From assembly GCA_041694815.1 (NCBI GenBank), contig JBGFSC010000033.1, forward strand, positions 90,609 through 154,608: a DNA stretch of 64,000 nt, written 5' to 3'. Position numbers and translations under genes: made by a program. This document shows, one piece after another, positions 28,196 to 37,601 of this stretch (position 1 is its first letter; each line of letters opens with the position of its first letter). Source of the stretch: Elusimicrobiota bacterium (GTDB lineage Bacteria; Elusimicrobiota; Elusimicrobia; UBA1565; JACRDR01). The notes beneath the pieces were generated by a model that had not been told where the DNA came from, did not search any database, and saw nothing but the letters and a program-made list of their open reading frames with translations.

Positions 28196-29001
28196 CGGAG
28201 CTGGGCCGCATCGCGCGCGAACTGCGCGGCAAAATCGTCGAGCTCTCCCATAAGGCGCAGACGCCGCATCTCGCCTCGGCCCTCTCTTGCGTCGACATAC
28301 TCGTCGCCGCGTATTGGGGCGGGTCCCTCGACCTGCGCCCCGAGAAGGCCGAAGACCCCTCGCGCGACCGCCTGGTGTTTAGCAAGGGGCACGCCGCGAC
28401 GGCGCTCTACAGCTGCCTCGCCGCCCGGGATTTCTTTCCCCGGGCCCTCCTCGACACCTTCGCCAAGCCCGGCAGCCGCCTGGCCGAGCAGCCCAGCCCG
28501 GGCTGCGTTCCCGGGATGGAGGTGGCCACGGGTTCGTTGGGACACGGCCTTCCAATCGGCGTCGGCATGGCGCTAGGGGCCAGGATCCAGGGGATATCCA
28601 ACCGCGTTTGCGTGGTCATGAGCGACGGGGAATGCGAGGAGGGTTCCAGCTGGGAGGCGGCGATGTTCGCGGCCGCGCAAGGCCTTAAGGCCGTGACCGC
28701 GATCATCGACTACAACAAATGGCAGGCGACGGGGCGCAGCCCCGAGATCATGGCGCTCGACCCGCTGGCCGCCAAATGGTCCGCTTTCGGCTGGAACGCC
28801 GTGGAAGTCGACGGGCACGACATCGTGGCCTTGGCCAGCGCGCTGGGCCATGCCGCCGCGGCCGACAGGCCCACAGCCATCGTGGCGCACACCGTCAAGG
28901 GCAAGGGCGTCTCCTTCATGGAGGACGACAACAACTGGCATTACCGCTCGCCCACGGCCGAGGAGCTGGCCCGGGCCAGGAAGGAGCTGGGCCTGGTCTG
29001 A
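28192..29001 (+). CDS. Transketolase-like, N-terminal TPP-binding subunit
   Basis: RDRLVFSKGHA, TGSLGHGL, SDGECEEG, VDGHD, HTVKGKG. Confidence 0.92.
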   Translation: MTELGRIARELRGKIVELSHKAQTPHLASALSCVDILVAAYWGGSLDLRPEKAEDPSRDRLVFSKGHAATALYSCLAARDFFPRALLDTFAKPGSRLAEQPSPGCVPGMEVATGSLGHGLPIGVGMALGARIQGISNRVCVVMSDGECEEGSSWEAAMFAAAQGLKAVTAIIDYNKWQATGRSPEIMALDPLAAKWSAFGWNAVEVDGHDIVALASALGHAAAADRPTAIVAHTVKGKGVSFMEDDNNWHYRSPTAEELARARKELGLV

Positions 29002-29002
29002 C

Positions 29003-29917
29003 ATGCGAAACGCCTTCGCCGAAGAATTGACCCGGCTGGCCTCCGAGGAACCGCGCCTAGTCCTGCTCTCGGGAGACATCGGCAACAAGCTCTTCGACAA
29101 ATTCAAGGCGGCGCATCCCTCCAAGTTCTACAATTGCGGCGTCGCCGAGCAGGGCATGACGGGCGTTGCCGCGGGCCTGGCCTTGTCGGGCCTCAAGCCC
29201 ATCACCTATACGATCACGCCTTTCGTGACGACTCGCTGTCTCGAGCAAATCCGGGTCGACATCTGCTACCACCACCTTCCCGTCGTCATCGTAGGCGTCG
29301 GCGCCGGGCTTTCCTACGCGAGTCTGGGAGGCACCCACCACGCCTGCGAGGACATCGCATTCCTACGCGCTTTGCCCGGCATGGCCGTTGTCTGCCCCGC
29401 GGACCCCGTGGAGGTTCGGCTGGCGCTGCGGGCCGCGCTGCGCTGGAATGGCCCCGTATACCTACGCATGGGCAAGAAGGGCGAGCCGGTGGTACACGCG
29501 CGCGAGCCGCGCTTTACGATCGGCAAGGCCATCAGGGTCAAGGCGGGTCGAGGCGTCTGCCTCCTGGCGGCCGGTACGGTGCTGCCGCTCGCCCTGGAAG
29601 TAGCGCGCAAGCTCGCCGCCAAGAAGATGGAGGCGGAGGTCGTAAGCTTCCATACCGTCAAGCCGCTCGACGAGGTGTTCCTGAGGCGGGCCTTCAAGGA
29701 ATTCAAGCGCGTGGCGACGATCGAGGAGCACAGCGTGATCGGAGGCTTGGGCGGGGCGGTCGCCGAATGGTTGGCCGACCATCCCGGCTCCCGCGCCCAT
29801 CTCCTGCGTTTCGGCACGGCGGACCGTTTCCTGCACGAGGCCGGCGAGCAGGAGCACGCTCGCCGGCGCTACGGCTTGACGGCGGAGCACATCGCCGCGC
29901 GCATACTGAAGGTGTGA
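29003..29917 (+). CDS. Transketolase-like, C-terminal subunit
   Basis: MRNAF, NCGVAEQ, GGTHH..ED, PVYLR, EEHS..GGLG. Confidence 0.92.
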   Translation: MRNAFAEELTRLASEEPRLVLLSGDIGNKLFDKFKAAHPSKFYNCGVAEQGMTGVAAGLALSGLKPITYTITPFVTTRCLEQIRVDICYHHLPVVIVGVGAGLSYASLGGTHHACEDIAFLRALPGMAVVCPADPVEVRLALRAALRWNGPVYLRMGKKGEPVVHAREPRFTIGKAIRVKAGRGVCLLAAGTVLPLALEVARKLAAKKMEAEVVSFHTVKPLDEVFLRRAFKEFKRVATIEEHSVIGGLGGAVAEWLADHPGSRAHLLRFGTADRFLHEAGEQEHARRRYGLTAEHIAARILKV

Positions 29918-30552
29918 TTAGAGTCGGGGTCGATTTCGACAACACGATCGTCTGCTACGACGGGCTCTTCCGCGAGCTCGCCGCTCGCAGGGGCATCCCC
30001 GGCTCTCGCGCGCGCAGCAAGGGCGAGCTGCGCGACTACCTGCGCGGCGCCGGACGCGAGGAGGAATGGACCGCGCTGCAGGGCGAGGCCTACGGCGAGG
30101 CGATGGGCCGGGCCGAGGCGTACCCGGGCGCGCTCGATTTCCTGCGGCGCTGCGTCCGTGAGGGAGTCGAGGCGCGCATCATCAGTCACAAGACCCGCTT
30201 CCCCTTCCGCGGTCCCCGCTGCGACCTCCATGAGGCTGCCCGGCGCTGGCTTGAGTCCAAGGGGGTATTCGAGCCCGGCTTCGGCCTTTCTCCCTGGCAG
30301 GTCCATTTCGAGCCGAGCAAGGAGGAGAAGCTGCGCCGGATCGCCTCGGAGGGCTGCACCCATTTCATCGACGACCTCCCCGAGTTCCTGCTGGAGCCGG
30401 CCTTCCCCGCCGGGGTCGACCGGATCCTTTTCGACCCCTCGGACCGTCAGGCGGAGTCCGCGTGCTACCTCCGGGCCGCCTCCTGGGGTGAGATCGAGCG
30501 TCGGATATTTAATTATGGTATTTTACCCGGTGACGGGGCCGCGACGAGATGA
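29914..30552 (+). CDS. HAD-superfamily hydrolase-like protein
   Basis: GTG start; GVDFDNTI, IISHKT, FIDDLPE. Confidence 0.8.
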   Translation: MIRVGVDFDNTIVCYDGLFRELAARRGIPGSRARSKGELRDYLRGAGREEEWTALQGEAYGEAMGRAEAYPGALDFLRRCVREGVEARIISHKTRFPFRGPRCDLHEAARRWLESKGVFEPGFGLSPWQVHFEPSKEEKLRRIASEGCTHFIDDLPEFLLEPAFPAGVDRILFDPSDRQAESACYLRAASWGEIERRIFNYGILPGDGAATR

Positions 30553-31241
30553 AAATCAAGGACGGCAAGACACGGGAGCCGCAATACCAGTGCTGCCTCG
30601 ACCTGCAGGAGCGCGAGGGCCTGGCCACCTTCGGGCTCATGAGCAATTTCACCTGGCACGACGATCCCAAGCGCCTGGCCTTCGTCCTCTCCCGCTACAA
30701 GTTCGTTGCCAAGATGCTTTCCGGGCGCCCGCGCGTCCTGGAGGTGGGCTGCGCGGACGCTTTCGGCACGCGCATCGTCGCCCAGGAGGTCGGTTCGGTG
30801 ACGGCCATCGATTTCGACCGCGTGCTCATCGACGACGCCCGGCGCCGCATGGACCCGCATTGGCCCTTCGACTGCGTGGTCCACGACATACTCGCGCGGC
30901 CGATGGCGGCTCGCTTCGACGGCGCCTACGCCCTCGACGTGCTCGAGCATATCCCGGCGCGCGAGGAGCGGCGTTTCATCCGCCACATCGCCGCCTCCCT
31001 GACGGACTCCGGGGCTCTCATCATCGGGACCCCCTCGCTGCAGTCGCAGGCCTACGCGTCGCCGGCGAGCAAGGAAGGGCATGTCAATTGCAAGGACCAT
31101 CGGGCCCTGCGCGCCTTGATGGGCCGCTTCTTCGACAACGTCTTCATCTTCTCGATGAACGACGAAGTGGTGCATACCGGCTTCTACCCGATGGCCAACT
31201 ATCTCTTCGCCCTGTGCTGCGGGAAAAAAAGGCGCCTTTAG
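30549..31241 (+). CDS. Class I SAM-dependent methyltransferase
   Basis: VLEVGCADAFG, DVLEHI, LIIGTP. Confidence 0.85.
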   Translation: MKIKDGKTREPQYQCCLDLQEREGLATFGLMSNFTWHDDPKRLAFVLSRYKFVAKMLSGRPRVLEVGCADAFGTRIVAQEVGSVTAIDFDRVLIDDARRRMDPHWPFDCVVHDILARPMAARFDGAYALDVLEHIPAREERRFIRHIAASLTDSGALIIGTPSLQSQAYASPASKEGHVNCKDHRALRALMGRFFDNVFIFSMNDEVVHTGFYPMANYLFALCCGKKRRL

Positions 31242-32209
31242 TGCTGCGGGAGGCCGCCTCGCGCCTCCTCTCCCGAGCTGGTTTGGGCCCGCTGCTCCGT
31301 TTGAGCCCGCTGCCGCCGGGCGGCAATAACCGGGTCTGCCTCCTGGAGCATCCCGCAGGCAAGGCGGTGCTGAAATCGTATTTCCGTCACGCCTCGGACC
31401 CGCGCGACCGCCTGGCGGCGGAATTCTCCTTCTGCGCCTTCGCCTGGGACCGCGGCTTGAGGCAGCCTCCGCGCCCCTTGGCCAAGGACGAATCCCTCGG
31501 GCTCGCCCTCTATGAATTCATCGACGGCGAGGCGCTGGCGAGCGCGGACGCGGAAGCCGTCGGGCAGGCGGCGGCGTTCTTTGGCGAACTCAACCGGCAC
31601 CGCGGCCATCCCGAGGCCCGCGCGCTGCCCAGGGCCTCCGACGGGTGCTTTTCCGAGGCCGACCATCTCTCCTTGGTCGAGCGTAGGGTTGCGGCCTTAC
31701 GAAGGGTCCGGGGTCACGGTGGGGCCTTCGTGCGGGAGCGGCTGCTGCCGGCCTGGAGGCGCTTCCTGGCGGATTTCGGCGCGGCCTCCCCGCGGCCCCT
31801 GCCGGCCGAGCAGCTCTGCCTATCGCCTTCGGATTTCGGCTTCCACAACGCGCTGCGCTGCGGCTCGATGTACCGTTTCCTCGACTTTGAATACGCAGGC
31901 TGGGACGACCCGGCGAAGATGGCGGCGGATTTTTTCAGCCAGGTCTCGGTGCCGGTCGCACAGAGGCATTGGGAGCCGTTCCTAAGCGAGGCCTTTTCCG
32001 GCTTGGCCGCACCCCAGGCGGCCGCGGCCCGCGCCCTGCGAGTACTGCCCGTCCATCGCTTCAAGTGGATATGCCTGATGCTGGGCGGCTTGCTGCCCGA
32101 GGTGCGGCTGCGTCGGGGGTTCGCCGGCGCCCGGCCGGCGCCAAGCGTGGCCCTGGGAAGGGCCGAGAGGGCCTTGGCCCTTCTGGAGAAAGGGAAATGG
32201 CTTACATAG
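31241..32209 (+). CDS. Aminoglycoside-phosphotransferase/choline-kinase-like protein
   Basis: GGNNRV, VLKSY, LSPSDFGFHN, FLDFEYAGWDD; GTG at 31241 chosen as start. Confidence 0.78.
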   Translation: MLREAASRLLSRAGLGPLLRLSPLPPGGNNRVCLLEHPAGKAVLKSYFRHASDPRDRLAAEFSFCAFAWDRGLRQPPRPLAKDESLGLALYEFIDGEALASADAEAVGQAAAFFGELNRHRGHPEARALPRASDGCFSEADHLSLVERRVAALRRVRGHGGAFVRERLLPAWRRFLADFGAASPRPLPAEQLCLSPSDFGFHNALRCGSMYRFLDFEYAGWDDPAKMAADFFSQVSVPVAQRHWEPFLSEAFSGLAAPQAAAARALRVLPVHRFKWICLMLGGLLPEVRLRRGFAGARPAPSVALGRAERALALLEKGKWLT

Positions 32210-32859
32210 ACTTTATCGCCCCGCTGCACCGCGGCACCCGGCGGGATTATCTCGCGCGGGTCAACGAGGTCCCCAAGGCCGAGGCCGCCGCGGTGGCCAA
32301 GCGTTTCGGCAAGGAGTATTGGGACGGCGACAGGCGCTTCGGCTACGGCGGCTACCGCTACGACGGGCGCTGGCTGCCGGTGGCCTCCGCGATGGCGAAG
32401 CATTACGGTCTCAAGGCGGGCAGTAGCGTCCTCGACGTCGGCTGCGGGAAGGGATTTCTCCTCTACGAGTTCGGCCGGGCCGTCCCGGGCTTGCAGCTGC
32501 GCGGCATCGACATCTCCTCCTACGCCGTCGAGAACGCCAAGCCCGAGATGCGCCCTTTCCTGCAGGTCGGCGACGCCGCCGCGCTGCCTTTCGAGGATAA
32601 GAGCTTCGACCTCGTCGTCTCGCTGACGACGCTTCACAACCTTAAATGCTACAACCTCGAAAAGGCCCTGCGCGAGATCGAGCGGGTCGGTCGCCGGCAC
32701 AAGTACATCGTCGTCGAGTCCTTCCGCAACGAGCAGGAGAAGGCCAACCTCCTCTATTGGCAGCTGACCTGCGAGAGCTTCTATTGGCCCGACGAATGGG
32801 AATGGTGGTTCAAGCACGCCGGCTACACCGGCGACCATTCCTTCATCTATTTCGAATGA
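32197..32859 (+). CDS. Class I SAM-dependent methyltransferase
   Basis: YWDGDRRFGYGGY, VLDVGCGKG, LPFEDKSFDLV. Confidence 0.88.
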   Translation: MAYIDFIAPLHRGTRRDYLARVNEVPKAEAAAVAKRFGKEYWDGDRRFGYGGYRYDGRWLPVASAMAKHYGLKAGSSVLDVGCGKGFLLYEFGRAVPGLQLRGIDISSYAVENAKPEMRPFLQVGDAAALPFEDKSFDLVVSLTTLHNLKCYNLEKALREIERVGRRHKYIVVESFRNEQEKANLLYWQLTCESFYWPDEWEWWFKHAGYTGDHSFIYFE

Positions 32860-33884
32860 AAGCGGCCATACTCGTCCGCCTCCGGAGGCCCCTGGTGATC
32901 GGCGAGGTCGAGCTGCCGCGGCTCGGGCGGGGGCAGGTCCTGGTGCGCGTGCGCTACAGCGGCATTTGCGGCTCGCAGCTGGGGGAGATCGACGGGGTCA
33001 AGGGCCCCGACCGGCACCTGCCCCATCTTTTGGGCCATGAGGGCTCCGGTAACGTGGTCGAGCTCGGACCGGGCGTCTCGAGGGTGACCCGCGGCGATAG
33101 CGTTGTCCTCCATTGGAGGAAAGGCCCCGGCATCGAATCGGAGACCCCCCGCTACCGATGGCGTGGGCGGAGGCTCAATGCGGGCTGGGTCACCACCTTC
33201 AACGAGTTCGCCGTCGTCTCGGAAAACCGCCTCACCAAGATACCTGAGGATTTCGATCCGCTCCTAGCGCCGCTGTTGGGCTGCGCCGTCACGACGGCCT
33301 TGGGCGTGGCCGACAACGAGGCGCGCATCGCCAAGGGCGAGTCGGTGCTGATCTTCGGCGCGGGCGGCCTGGGCCTAAGCCTCGTGCAGGCGGCCAGGCT
33401 GGCGGGCGCTTCGCCGATCGTGGCGGTCGACCGCTTCGAGCGCAAGCTGCGGCTGGCCAGGCGCCTGGGCGCGACACACGCCCTGGCGGCGCGCGGCCGC
33501 GCGCTCGAGCGCTCGATCCGGAGGATCGTGGGGCCGGAGGGTGCCGACGTGGCCATCGACAACACCGGCAGCATCCCCGTCATCGAGGCGGCCTACGAGC
33601 TGACGGGGCCGCGGGGCCGGACCGTCCTAGTCGGCGTCCCCCCGGCGGGAGCGCGCGCCAGCATCGACACCATGCCGCTTCATTTCGGCAAGGCGATCAC
33701 GGGCTCCTACGGCGGCCTCTCGCGCCCCGAGGTCGATATCCCTCGCGCCATCCGCCTTTTCCGCCAAGGGAGGCTCAAGCTGCGGGAGCTCGTCACCGAC
33801 CGCTTCCGTCTCGAGCGCGTCAACGAGGCCATCGCCTACCTGCGCCGCGGAGCGGCTGCCGGGCGCATCGTGCTCGAATGCTGA
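32856..33884 (+). CDS. Zinc-binding (MDR) dehydrogenase
   Basis: GICGSQ, LGHEG, LGCAVTT, FGAGGLG. Confidence 0.88.
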   Translation: MKAAILVRLRRPLVIGEVELPRLGRGQVLVRVRYSGICGSQLGEIDGVKGPDRHLPHLLGHEGSGNVVELGPGVSRVTRGDSVVLHWRKGPGIESETPRYRWRGRRLNAGWVTTFNEFAVVSENRLTKIPEDFDPLLAPLLGCAVTTALGVADNEARIAKGESVLIFGAGGLGLSLVQAARLAGASPIVAVDRFERKLRLARRLGATHALAARGRALERSIRRIVGPEGADVAIDNTGSIPVIEAAYELTGPRGRTVLVGVPPAGARASIDTMPLHFGKAITGSYGGLSRPEVDIPRAIRLFRQGRLKLRELVTDRFRLERVNEAIAYLRRGAAAGRIVLEC

Positions 33885-34867
33885 CCGTCGTCCTGGGGGC
33901 CAACTCCTTCTCGGGCCAGGACTTCGTCGACCTGCTCCTAGACAACGGCCAGCGCCGTGTTCTCGGGATCAGCCGTTCTCCGGAACGCTCGGCCCTGTTC
34001 CTGCGCTACCGCGAGCGTCGGGATCTCTCGCGTTACCGCTATGAGCGCCTCGACATGAACGGCGATTTCCCTGCCCTCGCGGCCCTGCTAGACCGCGAGC
34101 GCCCCGAGGAAATCGTCAATTTCGCCGCCCAGAGCGAGGTCGGGCCGAGCTGGGAGCATCCCGAGCATTGGTTCCAGACGAACACCGTCGCCTTGGCGAG
34201 GCTGGTCAACCACCTGCGCCGCGCCCCCTACCTCAAGCGCTACGTCCATATCTCCTCGCCGGAGGTCTACGGCAATTGCGAAGGGCGCGTGCGCGAGGAC
34301 GCGGGACTCAAGCCCAGCACCCCTTACGCGGCCTCCAAGGCCGCGGCGGACATGCTCTTGGGCGTCTACCACCGGCAATGGGGCTTCCCCTTGCTGACCG
34401 TCCGGGCCACCAACGTCTACGGCGCGCGCCAGCAGCTTTTCAAAATCATCCCGCGCACCGCGATCGCCATCAAGTCCGGCCGTCGGATCCAATTGCACGG
34501 CGGCGGGCAGGCGGTCAAGTCCTACATCCACGTGCGCGACGTCTCGCGGGGGGAGCTGGCGGTGCTCGAGCGCGGGAAGATCGGCCAGACCTACCATCTC
34601 TCTCCCGACGCTGGCATCGCCGTGCGCGATGTGGTCGCGCGTGTCTGCGCGCTCATGGGGGTTTCCTTCGAGGAGGCTGTCGAGACCGCCCCCGAGCGAC
34701 CGGGCCAGGACGCCGCCTACGTCATCGATTCCACCCGCGCGCGGTCAGAATTGGATTGGAAGCCCACGATATCCCTTGAGCAGGGCCTTTCCGAGGTAGT
34801 CGACTGGGTCGGCGGGAACTGGGAAGAGATATCAAAGCTGCCGACTGAATACGAGCACAAACCCTGA
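33878..34867 (+). CDS. dTDP-glucose 4,6-dehydratase-like SDR
   Basis: GANSFSG, NFAAQS.V, ISSPEVYG, PSTPYAASK, NVYG..Q...KIIP. Confidence 0.85.
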   Translation: MLTVVLGANSFSGQDFVDLLLDNGQRRVLGISRSPERSALFLRYRERRDLSRYRYERLDMNGDFPALAALLDRERPEEIVNFAAQSEVGPSWEHPEHWFQTNTVALARLVNHLRRAPYLKRYVHISSPEVYGNCEGRVREDAGLKPSTPYAASKAAADMLLGVYHRQWGFPLLTVRATNVYGARQQLFKIIPRTAIAIKSGRRIQLHGGGQAVKSYIHVRDVSRGELAVLERGKIGQTYHLSPDAGIAVRDVVARVCALMGVSFEEAVETAPERPGQDAAYVIDSTRARSELDWKPTISLEQGLSEVVDWVGGNWEEISKLPTEYEHKP

Positions 34868-34870
34868 ACT

Positions 34871-36007
34871 CTAAAACTTCGGCGGGGCCAGGTATTCGGC
34901 CCCGCGCCCGGATAGGCGCCGGCGGATCCGCGCGGCGATCCTAGGGGGAAGGGCGACGAAGATGCGGCGGTCCTCTCCTACCTCCTCGGGATGCAGGATC
35001 GGCAAGCCCTCGTGGCGGCGCCCGCGTCGGTAGGGATCCTCGTCGACGAAGAAGCCGGCCCGCCCGCGCAGCTCGCCCGCCAGCCAGGTCCCCGCGATGG
35101 AGGTGCCGAATATCCCGAAGCGCCGGGGCGCCGCCGCGGCGGCCGCCCGCGCCGCCGCGGCCTTGAGCTTAAAAAGCCATCGGACCGTCCGCTCGGCGCG
35201 GCTCCATTCGGAGGCGCCGCGCGCGCTCGGCTTGGACGCCGAGGGGCGCGCCAAGAGCGTCCTTTCCTTGGGCACCCATTCGCCGCCCGCGACGGCCTTA
35301 AACCCCGCGCGCGCCATACAGAGGCGCAGGCTGGCTCGGGAAAAATGAGTCGCGTGATCGGCGATGAGCAGCTCGAAGGGATTGCGCTCGTAGCAGGGCA
35401 CATGGACGAGCAATAGGCCTCCGGGCGAGAGCTTCTCGCGGATGCCTTCCAAGAACCGCGTCGGCTCGGCCATGTGCTCGAGCACGTGGACGAGGCTGAT
35501 GAGCTCGAAGCTCCCGCGGACCGAGAGGGGATCGCCCGAGTAAAATGAGCCCGGGCCGGCGATCTTCTCCACGGCCCCGCGATGGCCCGAGTGGAGATCC
35601 GACCCGAATAGGGACCAGCGCGGCCGGAGTTTCTTGAAGGCGCGGAGCAGCGCGCCGTTGCCGCAGCCCACGTCGAGAAGCCGGCCGGCCGCAGCGAGGG
35701 GGGCGGCGGAGAGCACGCGCTCGAGCAGGGCCTCCGAACGGGGCGTGGCGCCGCCGTCCTCGCCGGTATAGACGACCTGCTCGGCTCCGGCGCTTTGATG
35801 GTAAATCGAGTAGCTTCGGTAGATCCGGGCGCACTCGCGCCGCCAGAGCCCGGTTTTCGGAGCTTGGAGGCAGCCGCAGCGCGCGCAGGCCGCCAGCCGC
35901 CCTCCAGGCGACCAGGGCCTGCAGTCCGAAGAGACCCGGCGCAGCCTCCCGTATAAAGGTATCGCGCGCAGGGCGCAGGCGCCGCAAAGGCGGCAGGCCG
36001 CGCTCAT
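34871..36007 (-). CDS. Class I SAM-dependent methyltransferase with N-terminal Cys (Zn-binding) motifs, sugar C-methyltransferase-like
   Basis: CRLC...CARC, LLDVGCGNG, HVLEH, IFGTSIAG; ATG 36007 overlaps the upstream stop. Confidence 0.8.
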   Translation of the reverse strand: MSAACRLCGACALRAIPLYGRLRRVSSDCRPWSPGGRLAACARCGCLQAPKTGLWRRECARIYRSYSIYHQSAGAEQVVYTGEDGGATPRSEALLERVLSAAPLAAAGRLLDVGCGNGALLRAFKKLRPRWSLFGSDLHSGHRGAVEKIAGPGSFYSGDPLSVRGSFELISLVHVLEHMAEPTRFLEGIREKLSPGGLLLVHVPCYERNPFELLIADHATHFSRASLRLCMARAGFKAVAGGEWVPKERTLLARPSASKPSARGASEWSRAERTVRWLFKLKAAAARAAAAAAPRRFGIFGTSIAGTWLAGELRGRAGFFVDEDPYRRGRRHEGLPILHPEEVGEDRRIFVALPPRIAARIRRRLSGRGAEYLAPPKF

Positions 36008-36846
36008 CGCAGCGACCACTCCACGGCCTGCCAAGGGTCCGGGGCCGCGAGCCCCAGCTCGGCGAGCCTCGCCGTGTCGAGCGTGGTGTTGGCCGGAGCG
36101 AGCGCGCAGTCCTGCGCGGCTTTCGGGCGCACCAGGCCCGCGTCCGCGCTCAGGCGCGAGGCGAGGAACCGGCCTATCTCGGCGTAGCTGATATCCGAGC
36201 TCGCCGACAACTGCGTGACCCCCGCCAGGCGCCGCCTGCCCACCCGCAACAGGGTCTCCGCCGCCAGAGGCAGCGGAACCGGCGCCATCACCTTGTCCTC
36301 GAACGGTTCGATGGGAGCTCCCTTGCCGAGCTTCTCCATCCACTCGGTTAAGAGCGGCGGCCGCGGCCCGAGCACCTTGGCGAAGCGAACAATGGCGTGC
36401 GGCTTGCTCAACGCCGACAGGCCTTCTTCGACCTCCAGTTTTTGCTTGCCGTATTCCGTTAGGGGGTGAGGGGGGGCGGAGGCCGCCGGCGCCGGGAGCG
36501 AGCCGTCGAAAACCATGTTGCTCGAGAGAAAGACGATGAAGGCGTCGCGCGCGGAAAGCTCGCGCGCGAGCAGGAGCGTATGGGTCACGTGGGCGAGGCG
36601 GTTGGATTCGGGATCTTCCGCGCAGGCCTGTATGGAGGCGGGACCGGCGCAGAGGTAGGCGACGGCAATCGAATCGGGAAGCCGCCATTCTTGCGGGCGC
36701 TCCAAATCCAGGGGCAGCCAGTTCGCGGCCCCCGCGCGCCGGCTAGTCCCAAGCGACGGGATTCCTGCCTTTAGCAAGGCGTCGACTAACGCCCCGCCGA
36801 TCATCCCATCGGCCCCGACGACAAGCGCGGGCGCCGAAGCGTTCAC
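36004..36846 (-). CDS. RmlD-like nucleotide-sugar reductase
   Basis: VVGADGMIG, FLSSNMVFDG, EYGKQK; GTG 36846 overlaps the GT2 stop. Confidence 0.8.
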   Translation of the reverse strand: MNASAPALVVGADGMIGGALVDALLKAGIPSLGTSRRAGAANWLPLDLERPQEWRLPDSIAVAYLCAGPASIQACAEDPESNRLAHVTHTLLLARELSARDAFIVFLSSNMVFDGSLPAPAASAPPHPLTEYGKQKLEVEEGLSALSKPHAIVRFAKVLGPRPPLLTEWMEKLGKGAPIEPFEDKVMAPVPLPLAAETLLRVGRRRLAGVTQLSASSDISYAEIGRFLASRLSADAGLVRPKAAQDCALAPANTTLDTARLAELGLAAPDPWQAVEWSLR

Positions 36847-37544
36847 CGTATGGATCGGTGGAGCCGGATAAGGGATTTCAAGGTGGGCAGGGCCTTTGCC
36901 CAAAAGTGGAGGGTATCGGAATTTCCCTCCGCCTGGCGGTGGCGGGTGGGCACCTCCACGTAGCTGTGGCCGGTGCGGAGCATGCGGAGCAGCAGCTCGG
37001 CGGGGAATACGTAGTCGTCGGTGATGAAGGTATTGGCCCGTATGAAATCGCGCACGAGCGCCGATCGGTAAACGGTGGCCCCGTGATAGTAACGGAGGCT
37101 GAGATCGAAAAGGCGATTCATCAATACGACGTAGGCGCGCGAGACCGCGCGGCGGTAGAGGCCGCGGTAGCTTGGATTGGCGATATAGGTCAGGACGATG
37201 TCGGCCCTCTCGGTGGCCGCCAACATGTCCCGGAGCGTGCCCTCGAGCATCTCGTATCCGGCGCTCCAGAAGGTCAAATACTCCTTCGAGGCGTTCTCCA
37301 TGCCGCGGCGGAGGCTGTAGCCGATGCCCTTGTTGCCCTGATTGTGGAGGACTCGGATGTTCGGGTTCTTCGCGGCCAGGCCATCCGCCACGGAACCCGT
37401 GGAGTCGCTGCTACCGTCGTTGACGATGAGCAGCTCATGCGAGTCGCATTCGCGCTCTAAGCTTACCAGCAGGTCCCGGGCCGTCTTTTCGGCCATGGAC
37501 TCCTCGTTGTAGAGGGGCAGGATCAAGGTCAGGCTACGTTTCAC
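36843..37544 (-). CDS. GT2 glycosyltransferase (DPM/polyprenol-phosphate type)
   Basis: ILPLYNEE, IVNDGSSD, NKGIG, EVP. Confidence 0.88.
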   Translation of the reverse strand: MKRSLTLILPLYNEESMAEKTARDLLVSLERECDSHELLIVNDGSSDSTGSVADGLAAKNPNIRVLHNQGNKGIGYSLRRGMENASKEYLTFWSAGYEMLEGTLRDMLAATERADIVLTYIANPSYRGLYRRAVSRAYVVLMNRLFDLSLRYYHGATVYRSALVRDFIRANTFITDDYVFPAELLLRMLRTGHSYVEVPTRHRQAEGNSDTLHFWAKALPTLKSLIRLHRSIR

Positions 37545-37601
37545 GCGGGCTTGAAGCTATGGGGGCAAGTTACAAATTTTGTCCTCGAAGAAGCTAGTGC
37601 A

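Noticed and set aside
31241..32209. Aminoglycoside resistance gene
   Set aside because: APH-like fold only; embedded and coupled within a sugar biosynthesis operon.
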